A stretch of DNA of 64,000 nucleotides from Comamonadaceae bacterium (GTDB lineage Bacteria; Pseudomonadota; Gammaproteobacteria; Burkholderiales; Burkholderiaceae_C): assembly GCA_947445115.1 (NCBI GenBank), contig CANFCG010000002.1, positions 36,204 to 100,203 on the forward strand, read 5' to 3'. This document shows, in pieces, positions 25,658 to 34,994 of the stretch; the stretch's first letter is position 1; each line of letters begins with the position of its first letter. The position numbers were made by a program, and so were the translations under genes. The notes under the pieces were generated by a model. It searched no databases and was not told the origin of the DNA. It worked only from the letters and a program-made list of their open reading frames with translations.

Positions 25658-27371
25658 GGTGAGTCATCAATTTAAAACTAAAGGTAGTTCCTGTAAGAGG
25701 GGGCTCCGTATTCGTAGTGTAGGTCAGGCTACCACCATGCTGCTCGATGACAGTACGACAAAGACTAAGTCCCAGCCCCATACCTTCCATCTTGGTTGTA
25801 AAGAATGGCGTGAATAGCTTATCGCTGACTTCTTGAGTTAGTCCTAGGCCTCGGTCTTGAATATGAAATTCAACCTGCACCGCACCTGTGACATGCTCGG
25901 CATCGCTGGCACGCGCCGTCAGCGTCAAGATGCGCCGCTTGATATCGGGCGCCTCAGTTTTTTGTATCGGCATTCCTACGCCATGTGCTCCCATGGTGTG
26001 CATGCCCATGGCCTGCATTCCATTGCGTGCGAGGTTGATGATGACTTGCTCGATCATGGTTTTATCGCACCAAACGGGGGGCAAGTTTTTTTCGATCTCT
26101 AGCTCCAATCGAACACCCATTTGCTTCGCTAGCAAGCCCAGCAGTGGCATCACTTCTTTCAGTAAAGATTGGGGTGCAATAGAAGCTCGCTCCGTCTCAC
26201 GGCGTCGGACGAAATCATGCACGCTTTTAATCACTAATCCGGCGCGCTCAGATTGCGCGGTGATGCGTTCCAATGCAATTTTTATTTGCTTTAGATATTC
26301 TGCACCGTGCTCGCTGGGGCTTTCGGTTTCTAATAAGTTAAGACCCCCTGAGGCGTAGCTGGCAATGGCCGCTAACGGTTGATTAAGTTCGTGGCTCAGC
26401 ATCGATGCCATTTCCCCAAGTGTGGCTAAGCGCGCGCTTTTTTGTAAGCGCTCCAAGCTTTGCCGCGAGACGTCTTCAGCTTTGCGTTGTTGAATGATTT
26501 CTCTGGCGAGTTGCGCTTCGGTACGAAGGCGTTTGCGCGTGTCGCGGTACAGTAGCCAAAGCACGGCAGCCAAAGCGATGACTAAGAAAAGTACCAACAC
26601 AGTGGGTGTATTGGCCAACCAATAAGGCGCGCTACGCCAGCTTTGAATGCGTAAAATTAAAGTGAGACCTTGTAAACCCAAAATTGTTTTGACGGCAAAG
26701 ACGTCCCCATGCCGGATGGAGTTCCCGATAGTCGCAAGGCGGGATCCATCGGTATCTCGAAATGAAATTTCTTCTTGTCGTCTGGTATCAGCTTGAGCCC
26801 AAGACCGCAAAATGCCATCCAAAGAGTAAGTGGTGACAAGATACCCCGTCACTTTATTGTTTGCGACGTGAGGGATGCACATATCGGTCACTTCGTAGCC
26901 CGTTCCGTCACCGACAGGCACAAAATAGCTGATGCTGTAGGCTGGTTCTAGCGAGCGTGCGGCAATCACGCAAGCTTGCGTGACTTCTGAAGAAAAATTC
27001 TGCCGTCCTAAATGATTAAAAATTCCTGCGGAATAAATTTGCTTTACAAAAGGGCTATTGACGGATACTTCCGTTCGAAGCAACGTGTCCCGCTTCTCAA
27101 TGCGCAAAATTTCTGGCCGCTCCTCCATCAGTTGGCGAGCGGTCCAATCCCAATTAAGTGTTTCACGCTCCAGCAGTACCTGTAGCCGCTGGGCATTACG
27201 AGACAGCTTGGCACGCATGTCGCTGGCCAAATCGGTAGCAGATATTTCCATTTGATCTTCAAAGCGCGACTGCTCGTAACGCCCAACGAGCCACACCAGC
27301 GAGCCAAGAAGGATGGCAATCAGCATGAGTAATAGTGCCCAAAGCCACGTGCGGCGTGTTTTGGCGATCAT
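25641..27371 (-). CDS. Sensor histidine kinase with periplasmic sensing domain
   Basis: Two TM helices flank a periplasmic region of about 250 aa. H-box MLSHELNQPLAAI. G-boxes DRGLGL and GMGLGLSLCRTVIEQHGG. Overlaps the regulator gene by 17 nt. Confidence 0.85.
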   Translation of the reverse strand: MIAKTRRTWLWALLLMLIAILLGSLVWLVGRYEQSRFEDQMEISATDLASDMRAKLSRNAQRLQVLLERETLNWDWTARQLMEERPEILRIEKRDTLLRTEVSVNSPFVKQIYSAGIFNHLGRQNFSSEVTQACVIAARSLEPAYSISYFVPVGDGTGYEVTDMCIPHVANNKVTGYLVTTYSLDGILRSWAQADTRRQEEISFRDTDGSRLATIGNSIRHGDVFAVKTILGLQGLTLILRIQSWRSAPYWLANTPTVLVLFLVIALAAVLWLLYRDTRKRLRTEAQLAREIIQQRKAEDVSRQSLERLQKSARLATLGEMASMLSHELNQPLAAIASYASGGLNLLETESPSEHGAEYLKQIKIALERITAQSERAGLVIKSVHDFVRRRETERASIAPQSLLKEVMPLLGLLAKQMGVRLELEIEKNLPPVWCDKTMIEQVIINLARNGMQAMGMHTMGAHGVGMPIQKTEAPDIKRRILTLTARASDAEHVTGAVQVEFHIQDRGLGLTQEVSDKLFTPFFTTKMEGMGLGLSLCRTVIEQHGGSLTYTTNTEPPLTGTTFSFKLMTHHATLA

Positions 27372-27381
27372 GCGAAGAAAC

Positions 27382-30300
27382 TCATTTTTTCTTTAAATCA
27401 ATCACTTTAGGGTCGCGCCACGAACCTTCAATGTTGAACTCTTTGGTGGCAGCCGCAACAGCGGGACGACGAAGAATCAATTGCGTGAAGTACGTAACGG
27501 CACCCACGACAGGGTTGATTAGTGTTGCCAATAGAGACGCACCATCTGCATTGATGTCTGGTAGAACTAGCACATGCAAGTTTTGTGTTTCTTTAGCGAG
27601 ATCGACGCTGCCGTCTATCGAGACAAGCGCCAACACACTTTTCATTTGCAGATTGTTTGAGCTGAGTACGCCCTCCAATATTTGAGCCTCTCCTGTCACA
27701 CTGTCAAAGGCGAAACCATCCGAGAACACATCTCGAAAATCTAGCGTTAGCAAGCGTGGAAGTGCTTGCAAACTTAGCACACTCATGAAGCGACCACCGC
27801 TGCCGGGATCAATTTTTAAAAACTGCCCTTTGGCCATATTGAGTTTAAATTGTCCCGTTAGCGTCGGGTAATGCAAGGCCTGCGGAGAGCCTACCCAAGC
27901 CACGCGTCCTTGCAGACTGCCTTTGCCATCTTTAATCGTGCCAAGTTGACCTAAGCGAGTCAGCATGGCGCCAGAATCTGCGACATCAAGCCTAAATTGC
28001 AAATCCACGCGCCGAGTGTCGAGCGTATCGCCAGGTGTCCACACGCCCGTTGCTTTGAGCTCGGAGTCTGGATTGATGATATTTAATTTTTCTAATCGCC
28101 ACTCTTGGCGCACGCCTGCGCCTAGGTAACTCTTGGCACGTTGATTAACAGCATTGATTTCGATGCGTCCTATTTTTTTTCCCAATAGTTCAAAATCATC
28201 CACAACTAAGTCGAGCGCTGGTAGGGCAGTAGGCGCGGTGTTTGCTAATAGTTGTTCAATTTGCGCTTGGCTGTTGGCGTCTGGCAACGTCAATCGTTTG
28301 AGCCGTGCGTAAAACTGTCCTGTCTGAGCTCGTGCTGGTAAACGGTATTCGGCATAGCCACTAAAGTCGCGCGCCTCTGCATTCATACGCCAAGTGCTTC
28401 CTATTTTGCTAGCGCCCAGTACGATGTTCTCGAAATGACGATGAGCGACTTTTAGCGTCGTGACTTCTGCGGCTATTTGATTCGGCAGATAATTAACCAC
28501 AGAATTTTCTGGCGTGCTGGTATCAGTCTCCACATTTGTTGATGCTAAAAGCGTACGCCAAGCATCGACATCCAGCTCATCAAGCCGCAGATGAGCGCTG
28601 ACACCCAGTGCTGGCAAAACTGATGAGCCGCCCACTCCAAGAGCAAAATTCCCACGTAGTACTTTGACTGCTCCACCTTCTTGGACGCCTCTTTTTTCCC
28701 GGATAAATTCCGCCGCTACTAGGTTTGAAAGCGTGAGTTCGATACGGTCTTGCGTCGTCCCGACTGGGGTTTGTGTATAGCGAAGCGGCCACGCCGTTGC
28801 CGCAGGCTTCGTCAACGGTGCTGGTAGGTCAAGCTGCAAGCCAACGAGGGATGATTCGACGACCAAGCCGCCTAGCCCTTGTAGATCCAGCGCAAAGTGA
28901 TACGGCACACTACCGTGGAGGCGTCCTTGAATTTGCGGATAGGCCTTCCACGCTTTCAGCGCATCGGCATCAACTGTGCCATGCCCTGTGATGCGCTGAC
29001 TGTCACCGGTCACTTGTACCGCGCCGCCAAGCAGCGTTGCGTGCAGGTTGTGCAGTTGAAATGCAGGACTGCCAACAGTGCTGAAATTGATCTTCCCCTT
29101 TATGTGCGTGAGCGGTACTGATGCTGAACTGAGTGTGAGGCTATTGTCCAAAAACTGAACAGACCCCGAGACTTTGCTTTGCGCCACCGCCCCGATTGGT
29201 AAGCTCAATTGGAATTGAGCGTTAACGGCGCCCGTGCCTTTGCTGGTTGCGAGCGCCCCATTCGTCATTGCCTTGAGCTGCGTTGTGTTAATAAGCTCAA
29301 GCCAGCTAGCGATGGCGCCATTCGCCTCTGCATGAATGTCGAGTTCGGGCTTGCGAAGGTCGTGAATGTGTATTGAACCTTGGGTGGGCAGATCAGCAAT
29401 GACCGTCTGCACATCATCGAAGTGGAGCTGCAAACCATTGAGATCAAATAGGCTCTTTGTTTGGGTCAATGCTGGGAAATGAGCCAATGCGAGCTGACCA
29501 TCCGATATTTTTCCTTGCATGCGCAGAGTGCCTGTTTTTGGATCAGCAAATGGGAAGTCTTTAGCTGCCCCTTTGATTGAAAAAGTGACGTCTTTTGCAA
29601 CACCCTTTTGGAGCATCGATTGCAAAGATTGCCTAGTAACGGGCGAGATACTTTCAGGTAGGTACTTGTGCAGTGCCGCTAGGTCTATATGCGCCAATCG
29701 TCCCTTTGCATCAACGATGCCGTTTTGTACGGTGCCATCTTTGGATGTCCAGGCGATATCAAAGTCGCCCGCTGCATCAGGGCTTGCTAGTTTGGTTTGC
29801 ACACGAGCTTGAAATGTGGGTTTGTTGGCGTCTAGCAGGTGCAAAGTGACTTGCTCCATCTCTCCCCTCACTTCTTTGAGCGCGGTGCTTTGCTCAGGGC
29901 TCATGGGTAGGGGGTGCCCAAGCATTTTGGTAAAAGGAGCTAGCGCGGCTAATGGAATGTGCTCGCCAGTTGCGACGAGAGTTGTTGCTGGCAAAGTGAG
30001 TTCGGCTGTGAGCTGTTTCGCAAACGAGGGAATGTCTTCTGCCTTGGCACGCAAACTACCCGACCATGCTTGCCAATGACTTGCCCTAGTTTCGAGCAAG
30101 GGTTGCGTAAATCCCCCTATCACTTGAAGCGAGCGCCCAAAGCCGACAGGTGGTGTGGCTTGCAGTTCAATATCGTGACTGCGAATGCCATTTTTTAAAG
30201 TAAGAAAAACGTTCTTGAACGTCGCCTCAGGCAAAGCATTAGACGCGCCGAATAGGTGCGGCTGTGCGTCTAGCCAATGGACGGTGCTGTTCGTTAGTGT

Positions 30301-30750
30301 GATTTCTTTTTGCGAGAGTAACCACTCCAAACCCTTGCTGGGCGTGGCCTTTGGCATCACGGAAACCCCCGCAACGGTGAGCATCCCTGCCGCATCACGT
30401 GTCACTTCTAGCTCTAGCGCATCAATCGTGAGGCTATCCATTCGAAACGTGAGAAGCGAGAGAGGTGCCAAGCTAACTTGCACGCGGCCAAGTTGCAAAG
30501 TGGGTTGCCCCGTCGCATCCAAAATTCGAATACCCTTGAGATCAAAAGAAGGCAGCAACCCAGAGGCCTCAGCCGCAATGTTTTCAATCTGCACGGTGTG
30601 CCCGACTTGCTCGCTGAGGTACACCTCAATGCGAGGGCGCAAGCTGTCCATGTGCGGAATGACCCAGCCGTAGAGAAACGCAGCGCACATCAAGACTAAA
30701 AGAGCGCTAGTTGCAAATAGCGCCAGCAAGCTCTTGATGAGAATTTTCAT
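27382..30750 (-). CDS. YhdP/AsmA-like large envelope protein (TIGR02099/DUF3971-type)
   Basis: 1122 aa with a single N-terminal TM helix and a long beta-rich body. The C-terminal motif FNIEGSWRDPKV is typical of YhdP-like proteins. Confidence 0.7.
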   Translation of the reverse strand: MKILIKSLLALFATSALLVLMCAAFLYGWVIPHMDSLRPRIEVYLSEQVGHTVQIENIAAEASGLLPSFDLKGIRILDATGQPTLQLGRVQVSLAPLSLLTFRMDSLTIDALELEVTRDAAGMLTVAGVSVMPKATPSKGLEWLLSQKEITLTNSTVHWLDAQPHLFGASNALPEATFKNVFLTLKNGIRSHDIELQATPPVGFGRSLQVIGGFTQPLLETRASHWQAWSGSLRAKAEDIPSFAKQLTAELTLPATTLVATGEHIPLAALAPFTKMLGHPLPMSPEQSTALKEVRGEMEQVTLHLLDANKPTFQARVQTKLASPDAAGDFDIAWTSKDGTVQNGIVDAKGRLAHIDLAALHKYLPESISPVTRQSLQSMLQKGVAKDVTFSIKGAAKDFPFADPKTGTLRMQGKISDGQLALAHFPALTQTKSLFDLNGLQLHFDDVQTVIADLPTQGSIHIHDLRKPELDIHAEANGAIASWLELINTTQLKAMTNGALATSKGTGAVNAQFQLSLPIGAVAQSKVSGSVQFLDNSLTLSSASVPLTHIKGKINFSTVGSPAFQLHNLHATLLGGAVQVTGDSQRITGHGTVDADALKAWKAYPQIQGRLHGSVPYHFALDLQGLGGLVVESSLVGLQLDLPAPLTKPAATAWPLRYTQTPVGTTQDRIELTLSNLVAAEFIREKRGVQEGGAVKVLRGNFALGVGGSSVLPALGVSAHLRLDELDVDAWRTLLASTNVETDTSTPENSVVNYLPNQIAAEVTTLKVAHRHFENIVLGASKIGSTWRMNAEARDFSGYAEYRLPARAQTGQFYARLKRLTLPDANSQAQIEQLLANTAPTALPALDLVVDDFELLGKKIGRIEINAVNQRAKSYLGAGVRQEWRLEKLNIINPDSELKATGVWTPGDTLDTRRVDLQFRLDVADSGAMLTRLGQLGTIKDGKGSLQGRVAWVGSPQALHYPTLTGQFKLNMAKGQFLKIDPGSGGRFMSVLSLQALPRLLTLDFRDVFSDGFAFDSVTGEAQILEGVLSSNNLQMKSVLALVSIDGSVDLAKETQNLHVLVLPDINADGASLLATLINPVVGAVTYFTQLILRRPAVAAATKEFNIEGSWRDPKVIDLKKK

Positions 30751-31884
30751 TTAATGTGCGCGTTCAAACGCTTTCATGTACGCCACTAGCGCCTCTACGC
30801 CCGCTAGCGGCATCGCGTTGTAAATTGAGGCACGCATACCACCAATGGCGCGATGGCCTTTGAGCTGCTTGAGCCCAGCCTCATTAGCACCTTGCAAAAA
30901 TGCAGCGTTCAGTGATTCGTCTTTAAGGAAAAACGGCACATTCATCAAAGAACGATCAGCTTTGTTCACGCGGCTCTCAAAAAAAGAGGTGGCATCCAAA
31001 TAGCCATACAGCAGCGCAGCCTTGGCGCGGTTATGCGTCTCCATAACGGTGAGTCCACCCTGCGCCTTGAGCCACTTAAATACCAGTCCCGCGATGTAAA
31101 TACCATAGGTGGGCGGCGTGTTGTACATCGAATCAGTGTCGGCAAGCGTCTTGTAATTGAATACCGAAGGACACATCGAATGGGCACGCGTTTCGCTCGC
31201 ATCGTTCAATAGTAGGTCTTCGCGCACGATAGCGATGGTGAGACCTGCCGGGCCAATGTTCTTTTGCGCGCCACCGTAAATGAGTCCGTATTTGGAGACA
31301 TCGACAGGGCGCGACAAAATGTGGGATGACATATCCGCAACAATGGGCATGTCTTTGAAAGCAGCGCCGTGCGTGGCCTCCAGCTCGGGCATGAAGTGAT
31401 ATTCCACACCGTTAATTGTCTCGTTAGTGCACAGGTGCAAGTAGGCTGCGTTCTGGTTAAGCTTCCAAGATTCAACTACTGGAACGGCTGTGAAGCCAGT
31501 ATCCACGGCACTTGCAGCGATATTCATCTTGCCGTAGCGCTGCGCTTCTAGGTGCGATTTTTCCGACCACACACCTGTGATGACGATATCTGCTTCGTTT
31601 TGATTGCCTGACTTGCCGCGCATCAAATTGAGCGGTACGATGGCGTTTTCGCCAAGGCCACCACCCTGCAAGAATAAGATTTTGTAGTTGGCAGGTACGG
31701 CGAGCAATTCACGCAAATCTGCAAGCGCCTCGGCATGAATGCCCATGAAATCGCTGCCGCGATGGCTCATTTCCATCACGCTCATGCCTGTGCCGTGCCA
31801 GTCCAGCATCTCGGCGGCGGCTTGTGCCAGCACGGCTTCAGGTAGTGCGGCAGGGCCAGCGGAAAAGTTAAAAACGCGTGTCAT
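30751..31884 (-). CDS. serC: 3-phosphoserine/phosphohydroxythreonine aminotransferase
   Basis: [19 protein letters not shown]...MEMSHRG is the canonical SerC N-terminus. The length of 377 aa fits. Confidence 0.93.
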   Translation of the reverse strand: MTRVFNFSAGPAALPEAVLAQAAAEMLDWHGTGMSVMEMSHRGSDFMGIHAEALADLRELLAVPANYKILFLQGGGLGENAIVPLNLMRGKSGNQNEADIVITGVWSEKSHLEAQRYGKMNIAASAVDTGFTAVPVVESWKLNQNAAYLHLCTNETINGVEYHFMPELEATHGAAFKDMPIVADMSSHILSRPVDVSKYGLIYGGAQKNIGPAGLTIAIVREDLLLNDASETRAHSMCPSVFNYKTLADTDSMYNTPPTYGIYIAGLVFKWLKAQGGLTVMETHNRAKAALLYGYLDATSFFESRVNKADRSLMNVPFFLKDESLNAAFLQGANEAGLKQLKGHRAIGGMRASIYNAMPLAGVEALVAYMKAFERAH

Positions 31885-31896
31885 TTCGTCTCCCTG

Positions 31897-33102
31897 TTAT
31901 TCCCGCGTAGGCTGGAATCCATCTTCATCCGCAATGCACTTGGCAAGAATGGCAATGCCTTTATTGATTTGCTCTACGCTCGCCGTCACAAACGACAGGC
32001 GCAGCTTGTTGTGTTCCGTTTCGCTCTCATTGGCATAAAACGCAGCACCCGGTACAAATGCGATACCTTGCTCCACAGCCTTATGCAGCAAGGCTTGCGA
32101 CTGAATATGCTTTGGTAAAGTGAGCCATAAGAACATACCGCCAATGGGTTTGTTCCACGTGACGGTTGCGGGCATTTCGCGCTCAAGTGCGCCCAGCATG
32201 GCTTCCAATTGTGACTTGTACAGTGCGCGGATGCTCGGCTTGTGCTTGGGGATGAAATCGCTATGCAGCAGTTCGTAAAGCACGCGCTGATTCAGGCTTG
32301 GCGTATGCAAATCGGCGGCTTGTTTGGCTTGCAGCATTTTTGGATAGAGCACAGACGGCAGCACCATAAAGCCCAAACGCAGACCGGGCGCTAAGATTTT
32401 GGAGAACGAGCCAAGGTAGATCGTGCCCTCGGGATTGCGCGACGTGAGCGTATCGGGCGGCTCTTGGTCAAACCATAAATCGCCGTAAGGGTTGTCTTCC
32501 ACAAGGCACAGGCCATATGCCTTGGCGAGCACAGAAAGCTTGGCACGGCGGCTCTCGGGCATGGTCCGTCCTGTGGGGTTTTGGAAGTTAGGCAGCAAAT
32601 AAAGAAAGCGCGGCTTTTGATCAGCAGGCGTATTTTTAAGCTGCACTTCAAGCAGCTCCACATCAAGGCCATCATCGTCGCAGGCAACGCTCACCACGCG
32701 CGGCTCCATCGGCGTAAAGGCTTGCACGGCACCAAGGTAGGTAGGTGATTCCACCCAGATGATGCTGTCCTTGTCGATCAAGATTTTGGCAATGAGGTCA
32801 AGACCTTGCTGCGAGCCAGTGGTAATCAGCACTTGGTCAGGCGATACATCCCAAGGCAGCATCTTGGCCACGGCTTCGCGCAGGGGGCTGTAGCCCTCTG
32901 ACGTGGCATATTGCAGAGCGGCTTCGCCGTCTTCAGTCAAAATTTTGGTGACAGCTGCGTTGACTTCTGCAATAGGGAAAGTTTTAGGCGAAGGCAAACC
33001 ACCCGCAAAGCTGATGATGCCGGGTCGCTCGGTGACCTTCAATATTTCCCGAATAAACGAGGGGTTCATGCGCTCGGCTCGCGCGGCCATTGTCCAATTC
33101 AT
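31897..33102 (-). CDS. PLP-dependent aminotransferase, class I/II (2-aminoadipate/aromatic aminotransferase-like)
   Basis: 401 aa. N-terminus ...PSFIREILKV...ISFAGGLPSP and the SFSKILAPGLRLG lysine motif. Confidence 0.8.
   Translation of the reverse strand: MNWTMAARAERMNPSFIREILKVTERPGIISFAGGLPSPKTFPIAEVNAAVTKILTEDGEAALQYATSEGYSPLREAVAKMLPWDVSPDQVLITTGSQQGLDLIAKILIDKDSIIWVESPTYLGAVQAFTPMEPRVVSVACDDDGLDVELLEVQLKNTPADQKPRFLYLLPNFQNPTGRTMPESRRAKLSVLAKAYGLCLVEDNPYGDLWFDQEPPDTLTSRNPEGTIYLGSFSKILAPGLRLGFMVLPSVLYPKMLQAKQAADLHTPSLNQRVLYELLHSDFIPKHKPSIRALYKSQLEAMLGALEREMPATVTWNKPIGGMFLWLTLPKHIQSQALLHKAVEQGIAFVPGAAFYANESETEHNKLRLSFVTASVEQINKGIAILAKCIADEDGFQPTRE
31899..31918. repeat. REP-like hairpin element (ATTCCCGC-GTAG-GCTGGAAT, one arm mismatch)
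   Basis: Same family. It overlaps the last codons and the stop of the aminotransferase gene. Confidence 0.65.
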
Positions 33103-33113
33103 GATGTCAAATC

Positions 33114-33989
33114 CTAGAGTTTTTTTCCAACAAAGACGGTGGTAATTACCAAGGCGGCAAATGCCACAGTTAACAAGTCTAATCGCTCTCCCAAAACGGG
33201 TACGGCAAACGTAATGCTAAGCAAGGGCTGTAGTAGCTGGATTTGGCTAATACGCACGGTGCCGCCCAGTGCTAAAGCACGATACCACGCAAAGAATCCT
33301 AGCCACATTGAGAACACAGAAATGTAGACAAAACCTATCCACGCGCTGACGCTGACGGGCGTTTGCGGCAGCAAATAGAGAGCTGTGGGCAAGCTGATAG
33401 GAAGCGAAATCACAAGCGCCCAGCAGATGACTTGTTCGCCGCCAAGGCGTGTACTGACGAGAGCTCCGTAGGCATAGCCAATAGCAGCGCATAGCACGGC
33501 GAGCACAAGTAATGCGTCGGCTGGATGGAATAGTAAGGTTGATCCTTGCTTGTGGATGAGCGCATACAGGGCTACAAAGCAACTACCCAAAATAGCGCAA
33601 ATCCAAAACCCAACGGAAGGACGTTGACGCGCAAGCCAGGCGCCAAGGGCTGCAGTTGCCAGCGGCAAAAACCCAACGAGCACGGCGGCGTGAATGGATT
33701 CAACGTAACGCAACGCCCACGCAGTCAAAAGCGGAAAGCCAAACACCACGCCTGCTGCTGTGATAGCAAGAGGTAGCCAATCTCCGCGTTTGGGACGATA
33801 CGCTGCTTTTAACTGCGACGTCAGGGCAAGATAGCCAAGGCTTAACAAGCCTGCTACGGCGGCGCGTCCTAGCGCACTAAACCAAGGTGAGAGCTGAGGT
33901 GCTTCTACAGTACCTACCGCTAGGCGCGTCATCGGGAACGTGATGGCAAAAATCACGACACCGAGGATGCCCAGCCAGTACGCCTTCAC
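33114..33989 (-). CDS. DMT-superfamily (EamA-like) transporter
   Basis: 291 aa with about 10 hydrophobic helices in two halves. Confidence 0.7.
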   Translation of the reverse strand: MKAYWLGILGVVIFAITFPMTRLAVGTVEAPQLSPWFSALGRAAVAGLLSLGYLALTSQLKAAYRPKRGDWLPLAITAAGVVFGFPLLTAWALRYVESIHAAVLVGFLPLATAALGAWLARQRPSVGFWICAILGSCFVALYALIHKQGSTLLFHPADALLVLAVLCAAIGYAYGALVSTRLGGEQVICWALVISLPISLPTALYLLPQTPVSVSAWIGFVYISVFSMWLGFFAWYRALALGGTVRISQIQLLQPLLSITFAVPVLGERLDLLTVAFAALVITTVFVGKKL

Positions 33990-34007
33990 TGAAGTCGCTT
34001 TGCCGTT

Positions 34008-34973
34008 TTAAACAGTTGCACCGCGGTTCGGGTCTAGTGGATCCTCAGACTCATAACCTTCGCGTTTAGCAACCGCTTTCACCAAATCTTCACGCTTGAT
34101 ACCCAGCCACATCGCAATGGCTGCAGCCACAAAAACCGAAGAGTAAATACCAAAGCAAATACCAATGGTTAGTGCGAGCGCAAAGTAGTGCAACGTCGCG
34201 CCGCCAAAAACCAACATCGACAGCACCATAAGCTGCGTACAGCCGTGGGTGATGATGGTGCGGCTAATGGTGGATGTAATCGCGTTGTTGATGATTTCTT
34301 GCGTATTCATCTTGCGATAGCGCCGAAAATTCTCACGGATTCGGTCAAAAATAACCACCGACTCGTTCACTGAATAACCCAGCACGGCTAATACCGCCGC
34401 CAGCACGGTAAGAGAGAACTCCCACTGGAAGAAGGCGAAGAAGCCCAAAATGATGACCACGTCATGCAAGTTGGCAATGATGGCGGCAACCGCGAATTTC
34501 CACTCGAATCGCATCGCTAAATAAATCATGATGCCAGCGACCACAAAGGCGAGTGCTTTTAGACCGTCTTGCGCCAACTCTTCACCCACTTGCGGACCGA
34601 CAAATTCAGTGCGGCGCATGACCACGTCTGCTGCGTCCACTTTGAGCGCGGCCATGACCTTGTCGGATTGCTGCGCCGAGCTCACACCTTTTTGCGCGGG
34701 CAGACGAATCATGACATCGCGCGAGTTACCAAAGTTTTGCACTTGGATGTCGGTGTAGCCAAGGCTGGCGACCGTATTTCTCACCTTGGTCAGGTCAGCG
34801 GTTTGTGAGTAGCTCACTTCCATCACCGTACCGCCGGTGAATTCCACAGACAAATGCAGACCCTTGTAGAACAAAAAGAAAATGGCTGCCGCAAAGGTTA
34901 AAAACGAGATGACATTGAAGATCAGCGCATGACGCATGAACGGGATGTCTTTGTGGATCTTAAAAAATTCCAT
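34008..34973 (-). CDS. secF: Protein translocase subunit SecF
   Basis: Lies downstream of secD. Motifs FMRHALIFNVISF...GLHLSVEFTGGT and YSVNESVVIFDRIRE. Confidence 0.93.
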   Translation of the reverse strand: MEFFKIHKDIPFMRHALIFNVISFLTFAAAIFFLFYKGLHLSVEFTGGTVMEVSYSQTADLTKVRNTVASLGYTDIQVQNFGNSRDVMIRLPAQKGVSSAQQSDKVMAALKVDAADVVMRRTEFVGPQVGEELAQDGLKALAFVVAGIMIYLAMRFEWKFAVAAIIANLHDVVIILGFFAFFQWEFSLTVLAAVLAVLGYSVNESVVIFDRIRENFRRYRKMNTQEIINNAITSTISRTIITHGCTQLMVLSMLVFGGATLHYFALALTIGICFGIYSSVFVAAAIAMWLGIKREDLVKAVAKREGYESEDPLDPNRGATV

Positions 34974-34994
34974 GATGTGTGTTCCTAGTCGTTC

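Noticed and set aside
25104-25817. A 237-aa plus-strand ORF overlapping the FixJ-type regulator and the kinase 3' end
   Set aside because: It is antisense to two genes with clear domain signatures. Ser/Cys/Ala-rich shadow frames like this are typical of GC-rich third-position bias.
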